A DNA stretch of 32,000 nucleotides from an uncultured Candidatus Saccharibacteria bacterium (lineage in GTDB: Bacteria > Patescibacteriota > UBA1384 > XYA2-FULL-43-10 > 1-14-0-10-43-13), in contig CAZIYE010000001.1 in the NCBI GenBank assembly GCA_964543385.1, positions 120,001 to 152,000 of the forward strand, given 5' to 3'. Below are positions 23,891-29,553 of this stretch, piece by piece. The notes below the pieces were generated by a model that did no database searches, had not been told where the DNA came from, and worked only from the letters and a program-made list of their open reading frames with translations. How positions within the stretch are numbered: the first letter of the stretch is position 1; every line of letters begins with the position of its first letter. The position numbers and the translations under genes were made by a program.

Positions 23891-24432
23891 TATATGATTA
23901 TTGCCATAGCCATTAAAGACACTGTTATATAGCGGTGGGAGATAGTAAATAAAGTTTTTTTGACACTGATAGAACATAAGATAAGAGAGGAACGAGAAGC
24001 ATCATCAAATATATAAATAAGCCTATAACATCAGGCCTTGATTGGGCAGGGAAGACGAACCTTTTGCAATCAAACGGAATAATAGGGGAATAATATCACT
24101 ATTCTAATGATTATCTAATGTCGCATAATGTATGTTATGCGACGCTTTACGCCATGATCAACGAACTCATTTTGAGCTTAATTATAGTTAGCTACCGTTA
24201 GGCTGATAATCGCCTAATAAAATCCCAAAAATCAGTGGACAAAAAAACATTTTTACCAAAGATTCTATTCTCCAATCTATTCTGCTTAAATTTTAGACAA
24301 CAGTCGATTCTTATTAATGTGCGCCCGCAACAAGTGCTTTTCTATAATAAAAGCAACGATAATGACCACTCCCCCAAGCAGCCACTTCCCTACCGTTTTT
24401 AAAGAAAAATAGCTTCCAAAAATCCAGTCTTT

Positions 24433-27400
24433 CTACTCGGATAAGTTAACTGGCTTACCTTCCTCAAGATGTTTATGATCGGCAATATTATGAGTATTAT
24501 TAACAATTAAGTCCTTATCCTGCTGTGCGGATACTTCCCTGCTCTCTTTCACTGCAGGCACAGATATAAAAACATTTTCCTCTGCTGAAATAATAGATGT
24601 CTGTTGCGTCGATAATGCTCTCGACTCCGGTATTATCGGCAAGTTCTGACTATTATCAGGCTTCTGATTATCAGCAACTAGATCAGGCTCAGTCTTACTT
24701 TCGGTATCAGGTGATTGCTTTATATCTTTATTTAAATGACTGGAATCATTCTTTTTTTCAGCATTTTGATCATTGGAGTGATGTTTATCATTCGCTAACG
24801 ACCCATTCTTATTTTTCTGGTCATGATGCATACTTTTTGGATTCTTCTCGGTCTTTTGATCGGCAACTTTTCGAGATAGATCAATAATCTTTTGGCCGTT
24901 ATCATCTATAATTGTACCTGACTTTTCTATTTTTTCTTTATCAATTTCTTCGCCCAAATACCACTTCACTCCCCCTCTAGCAGTGCGTTCCTTATAAATT
25001 TTACCATGCAAGATATTATCGTACCTAATAACACGAGGCTCCTTTTTTTTCTCGATCTCCCCCACCTCGCTATCTGCAGTAGTAACATCAGCATTGGATT
25101 GATTAGAGCCAGAAGCTACTTCAGGCTCGGCAGCAGCTAAATTAACTACAGTTTTCGACTCTATTTGCTGAGATAAAGGAGCAGCCGCTGATATACTAGT
25201 GTTAGCAGTGTTTGTAGCAGCATGAGTAGTAATAGGAGTAACTACGGGGGCAGAAACAGGAGTATGTGTAGTAGGAGCTGGTCGGTCGTGCTTTTTCAAA
25301 AGAATTGCCTCCAGACCACCCTTTTTAAAAGCCTCTGCTTCAGCTTTCAATTCATGTTCTTCCTGGGTACTTCGACCGCTTATCATCTCCTCGACATCAA
25401 CACGTCGAGTAGAATAAGTAGCGTGAGAATGCTCAATAACCTTTTGAATATTGCCTGTTAATCTCTGTACTGGTGGTAATGTTTTGGCAGAAAATGCGGG
25501 AGCAGCAACACCATCAACTAACAATTTGATATAGATATTAAATTTCTCAAGATTCAAAAGATCATTGGTTGTGAAAACTGGCTCAAACTCTTTTACCAAG
25601 ACATCTGCATCAGCTCCACCTACCCTAAATGAAATAAGCGTACCAGCGTTACCAAAGATCGCATCTCTAAGCTCTTCCGGAAGCTGTGTTATGTACTGGT
25701 GAGCCATCGTTAGACCGAGACCGTATTTTCTGGCTTCTGACAATATCACTGCAAAAGCTTCTGTTGCAAAGTTCTGAAACTCGTCCACATATAAGAAGCA
25801 ATCGGGGCGTTTATCCACAGTTACATTTGCCCGACTCATAGCTGCGAGCTGAATTTTAGTAATCATCATAGCACCAAGCAGTGCAGAGTTATCTTCACCA
25901 ATTTTCCCCCGAGATAGATTTACAATCAATATCTTTTCCTGATCCATTATCTCTCGGATGTTTATCCGTGATTTTGGTTGACCAACTATATTTCTAATTG
26001 TTGAAGAAGAAAGAAATTGACCGACTTTGTTTAGAATTGGTGAAACGGCTTCCGTTCTAAATTTATTATCAAATGAAGCAAACTCATTCATCCAGAACTC
26101 TTTAATAATAGGATCTTTGACATTTAATAAAACATTGTCCCTAAAGCGATTATTTGTTAACATTCGCGGAATATCAAGCATGGTAGCCCCCGGATGATCA
26201 AGAAGAGCCAAAACCGTGTTTCTAAGAATATGTTCCAGTCTTGGACCCCATGATTTATCGAAAAGTTTTTTAATAATACCAATAAAACCAGAGGCGACTA
26301 ATCCCTTGAAATCATCGTCAACAGTTTCTAGAAGATTAAAGGCAATTGGAAAATCGCGATCCGAAGGATCAAATACTATTACATCATTTACTCTCTCATC
26401 TGGTATACAAGATAAAACTTTTTCAGCAAGTTCTCCATGAGGATCAACAACAATAACACCAGATCCCTTGCATACATCGTTTATCGCCATATTCTCAATC
26501 AAAACAGATTTACCTACACCAGATTTACCTACAAGATAAATATGTCTTCTTCTATCGTCTCTCTTAATACCAAATTCAGTGAAAACATTGCGAAAATTAG
26601 TCATGCCAATAACCGTAAAATCCTCTGGCGGAATATTTGACCTAATTGGTAAATTTGCTGGCGGTTCACCCTTTTTCGAACCAGACCACACAATATTAGG
26701 TGTTGACACGGTGCTAGATGGAAAATGGAATAAAGATGCAAGCTCGGCGATATTAAATATATTGCCATCATCCTCGAAAGAACGACCGACATAATCTTGC
26801 CAAAGAGTATGGTCATTCGACTTTATCTCCCCTACTCTAAAACCATTTAGATTTGTTGTATTAAACTGTTTAAAAGCAGCGCAAACATTTCGACACTTTA
26901 ATTTGGCCGAGGTTGGATCTGTGCCCAATGCAACTATTCTTATCTTTGTCTCAAAACCTAATTTTGTAATTTTTTGCTCAATTCCCTTCAAAGCTTCCTC
27001 GACAGAAGCCTGTAGTTTGATATCTTTCTTATCATCTTTTTCGGAATAACCAGGATTAACAGCCTGAGACAAAAGACCCTTACCAACATTAGTAAATTCC
27101 TTTAGGAGAAGATTTGCAAAACCAAGTTTGGCTGTCGGCTTGCCACCAGATCGGACTGAATTTACCCTCGTATGCCCCTTTTCCTGCCAACGGTCACCCT
27201 TTGGTCTAATTATCATCTGAAACCAAATTTCTTCTCCTGCGCTCAATTGTGACATTACAGAAGTAATCGCTGAGATTGGGTCAACTTCGAAGTCTGTAAA
27301 TTGCTTGATAGGATATACATCGGGCTTTGTAAGCGCTAATTCAGTAATTGCAAAATTCTTTGATTCAACATCTGGCCGAACTGTATAATCCTCAACTTCA

Positions 27401-27756
27401 TGAATTTCAACATTCGGATATTGAGCGTAGACCTGCCCTTCAACAAAATCCTTCAAGTGAACTGGCAAATAGACGAAAAACTGTATGAATTTTTCCTTGG
27501 AAATAATCTCAAAACTTAAATGATATTGAAATTTAGCACTCTCTGAATAGATACCATGAATTGTAGCGAACATCTGTTCGGCAGCCATCGGTGATTTCTC
27601 ATTCATCCTAGGCACATCTATGCGAATAACGGTGTATTCCTGTGATGTCATCCACTGTATCTTCTTCATTCTATGATTAATACGAAAAATCGCCCATATC
27701 AAATAGATTGGACCAAAAATTAGAATAATATATAAAAGGTATAGGATAAAAGACAT
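24433..27756 (-). CDS. VirD4/TraD-like (FtsK-HerA superfamily) ATPase, paralogue B: N-terminal TM helix, shared ~350-aa N-domain, P-loop core, ~320-aa low-complexity tail
   Basis: It is 1107 aa. Walker A GKSGVGKS lies at 26506-26529 and Walker B CFLYVDEF at 25777-25800, followed by QNF...ILSEARKYGLGL..AHQY..QL......GNAGTLISFRVG. The TM segment is ILYLLYIILIFGPIYLIWAIF. Confidence 0.85.
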   Translation of the reverse strand: MSFILYLLYIILIFGPIYLIWAIFRINHRMKKIQWMTSQEYTVIRIDVPRMNEKSPMAAEQMFATIHGIYSESAKFQYHLSFEIISKEKFIQFFVYLPVHLKDFVEGQVYAQYPNVEIHEVEDYTVRPDVESKNFAITELALTKPDVYPIKQFTDFEVDPISAITSVMSQLSAGEEIWFQMIIRPKGDRWQEKGHTRVNSVRSGGKPTAKLGFANLLLKEFTNVGKGLLSQAVNPGYSEKDDKKDIKLQASVEEALKGIEQKITKLGFETKIRIVALGTDPTSAKLKCRNVCAAFKQFNTTNLNGFRVGEIKSNDHTLWQDYVGRSFEDDGNIFNIAELASLFHFPSSTVSTPNIVWSGSKKGEPPANLPIRSNIPPEDFTVIGMTNFRNVFTEFGIKRDDRRRHIYLVGKSGVGKSVLIENMAINDVCKGSGVIVVDPHGELAEKVLSCIPDERVNDVIVFDPSDRDFPIAFNLLETVDDDFKGLVASGFIGIIKKLFDKSWGPRLEHILRNTVLALLDHPGATMLDIPRMLTNNRFRDNVLLNVKDPIIKEFWMNEFASFDNKFRTEAVSPILNKVGQFLSSSTIRNIVGQPKSRINIREIMDQEKILIVNLSRGKIGEDNSALLGAMMITKIQLAAMSRANVTVDKRPDCFLYVDEFQNFATEAFAVILSEARKYGLGLTMAHQYITQLPEELRDAIFGNAGTLISFRVGGADADVLVKEFEPVFTTNDLLNLEKFNIYIKLLVDGVAAPAFSAKTLPPVQRLTGNIQKVIEHSHATYSTRRVDVEEMISGRSTQEEHELKAEAEAFKKGGLEAILLKKHDRPAPTTHTPVSAPVVTPITTHAATNTANTSISAAAPLSQQIESKTVVNLAAAEPEVASGSNQSNADVTTADSEVGEIEKKKEPRVIRYDNILHGKIYKERTARGGVKWYLGEEIDKEKIEKSGTIIDDNGQKIIDLSRKVADQKTEKNPKSMHHDQKNKNGSLANDKHHSNDQNAEKKNDSSHLNKDIKQSPDTESKTEPDLVADNQKPDNSQNLPIIPESRALSTQQTSIISAEENVFISVPAVKESREVSAQQDKDLIVNNTHNIADHKHLEEGKPVNLSE

Positions 27757-27802
27757 TTAAACCTTCAATAAATCTGGGAAGGATAATATTCCTTCTAACA
27801 AT

Positions 27803-27831
27803 ATTATATAAGAGATTAGATTTTTTTGCAA
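27803..27831 (-). promoter_or_regulatory. Promoter TTGCAA-17 bp-TATAAT for ATPase paralogue B
   Basis: On the minus strand the -35 is at plus 27826-27831 and the -10 at plus 27803-27808, with a 17-bp spacer. Confidence 0.6.
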
Positions 27832-27842
27832 AGAGATCGAAG

Positions 27843-27884
27843 ATAAAAATGACCTTTTGCGGCCGTAAAGCGCCATGGCAAAGG
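27843..27884 (-). terminator. Probable terminator after the sigma-r4/HARE-HTH gene
   Basis: On the minus strand, cctttgc...gcaaaagg encloses a GC-rich inner stem and is followed by TCATTTTTA. Confidence 0.45.
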
Positions 27885-27885
27885 A

Positions 27886-28914
27886 TTATGCCAAGATATA
27901 TTTGTCCTTAGCCGACTTTTTGAAAAATGGCTTGGTCTGAAGATTTATAAGTATTGTATTTTTTTTAACTAGTCTTTGCTTCAAAACAGCCTCGATAATA
28001 GCAGATGCGCTCATGCCATCTGATTTGTCGGATAAGATATTTTTAATTATGTCAGCAACAGTTCCCTCTTGGTATCCCCACTCTTTCAAGGCATAAATAC
28101 CTCTACCAACTAAGATAAATCTATCATCAGCAATCAGCTCATTATGAACAGTAGCTTTCACAATATTTTTACCATCGAAACTTTGCTCCCCTATTTTTTT
28201 TGCGATTTCATCGAAATGCATAGGTTTTGCTATCCTCTTCAAAATATAATAGATTTTGTCTCTAACATTTTTTGGATTTACTTCTGGCCATGAAGCCAAA
28301 CCGATATGACCGGTTTCTGTCTTAACCAATTTCTTGCTGATATGAGGAAGCTCCGATAAAAATGCTACCTGATACTTCGAATGACCTGGATGATTATCTA
28401 TTAGTACATCTAGCGTTTCAGGCTTCTTACTCTTTTTCAAATGTTCGGCCCAATCATTTATGACTTTTATTGCATCGTCTTTTGACAATGATGCAAGTAA
28501 CCAACCAGCCTCTAGCTCTTTTGTTTTTTCAATTTTCATAATCTGAGGCATCAGACTTAAAATTAAATGCAGAGAATTGAACTCATTCTTATTTCTCCAG
28601 AACGATTCTTCTAGAAATTTTTCAGTAATTTTTTCATGGCATGTGATTCCACCGCTCTTTTCAAAAGTATCAACTATTTGCTCGATATAAAGATTATTCT
28701 TTTCAACAAAAAATCTAGCCAACTTTCTCAAGCCCTCACGCTCAATTTGACGAATTCTTTCACGAGATAATTTCAGTTCCTTACCAATTGCTGATAGAGT
28801 TTTATGACTTGTTTCAATACCAAAACGACCCGAAATAACTATATTTTCATTCGGCTTCAAATCGTTTATAACCTCTTTAACAATCTTGTAAGGGCTAAAA
28901 TTTTTAATAACCAT
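27886..28914 (-). CDS. DNA-binding protein with sigma-70 region-4 HTH (N-terminal) and HARE-HTH/RpoE-delta-like winged helix (C-terminal); no sigma region 2
   Basis: The N-terminal part has ISGRFGI....TL.AIGKELKLSRERIRQIEREGLRKL, a sigma r4.2 signature. The C-terminal part has MHFDEIAKKI.....VHNELIADDRFILVGRGIYALKEWGY, which is HARE-HTH-like. Confidence 0.75.
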   Translation of the reverse strand: MVIKNFSPYKIVKEVINDLKPNENIVISGRFGIETSHKTLSAIGKELKLSRERIRQIEREGLRKLARFFVEKNNLYIEQIVDTFEKSGGITCHEKITEKFLEESFWRNKNEFNSLHLILSLMPQIMKIEKTKELEAGWLLASLSKDDAIKVINDWAEHLKKSKKPETLDVLIDNHPGHSKYQVAFLSELPHISKKLVKTETGHIGLASWPEVNPKNVRDKIYYILKRIAKPMHFDEIAKKIGEQSFDGKNIVKATVHNELIADDRFILVGRGIYALKEWGYQEGTVADIIKNILSDKSDGMSASAIIEAVLKQRLVKKNTILINLQTKPFFKKSAKDKYILA

Positions 28915-28927
28915 TATATTTCCTTGT

Positions 28928-29440
28928 CTAATTAGTTTTATCTAATAGATTTTCAACTGCAGCCCATTCGCTGGGTCTATCCTCGGGAACAAGTATTGTA
29001 AGTTTGTTTCCTGGTTCTGCTTTGAAATAACTTATTGATGCTGGCAACACTCGATATTGCATGCTTTCACAATTAACCACATATTTACCTTCTGATAATT
29101 CCTTTAAAAGACCAATCTTTTTCTGCCTTTTTACGGGGCCAATTTGTTTATACAAGAAAGTCCCATCGGGCAAAATCGTAAGCTTTAGGATATCTCCGGC
29201 AACAAGTTTTGACTTAGAGGCATAGTTCGCCGGTATATCATAATGCCTTTTGTCTGAACCAATCATGCCTTCGCCGTCGAAAACACCTTCTATAATCTTA
29301 CTATCTTTATCATCTCCACCCAATTCTTCAACTTTTTGTGATAGTTCTCGCGAAAAAAGTAAGTCCTTTGCTTGGCAGATATTATTTTCAGCAAGGTCTA
29401 AAAGCTGTTTTATTGAGGATAGGTCTTTATTTGTCAACAT
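28928..29440 (-). CDS. Conserved hypothetical protein, coiled-coil N-terminus + beta-rich C-terminus
   Basis: It is 170 aa. The pattern IEGVFDGEGMIG.D...Y.IPANYASKSKLV.GD.LKLTI..DG...YKQIGP recalls proteins I have seen widely in Patescibacteria genomes. It ends 13 nt upstream of the following gene. Confidence 0.65.
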   Translation of the reverse strand: MLTNKDLSSIKQLLDLAENNICQAKDLLFSRELSQKVEELGGDDKDSKIIEGVFDGEGMIGSDKRHYDIPANYASKSKLVAGDILKLTILPDGTFLYKQIGPVKRQKKIGLLKELSEGKYVVNCESMQYRVLPASISYFKAEPGNKLTILVPEDRPSEWAAVENLLDKTN

Positions 29441-29553
29441 TTTTTCTCTTTGTTTTTATTTAAATGTGTTTTAGCATTTCATATACACAAAATTACATTA
29501 CCACATAATTGGCAATGCGTCAACACATTTTAGATAACTTTTTTTACATAAAA

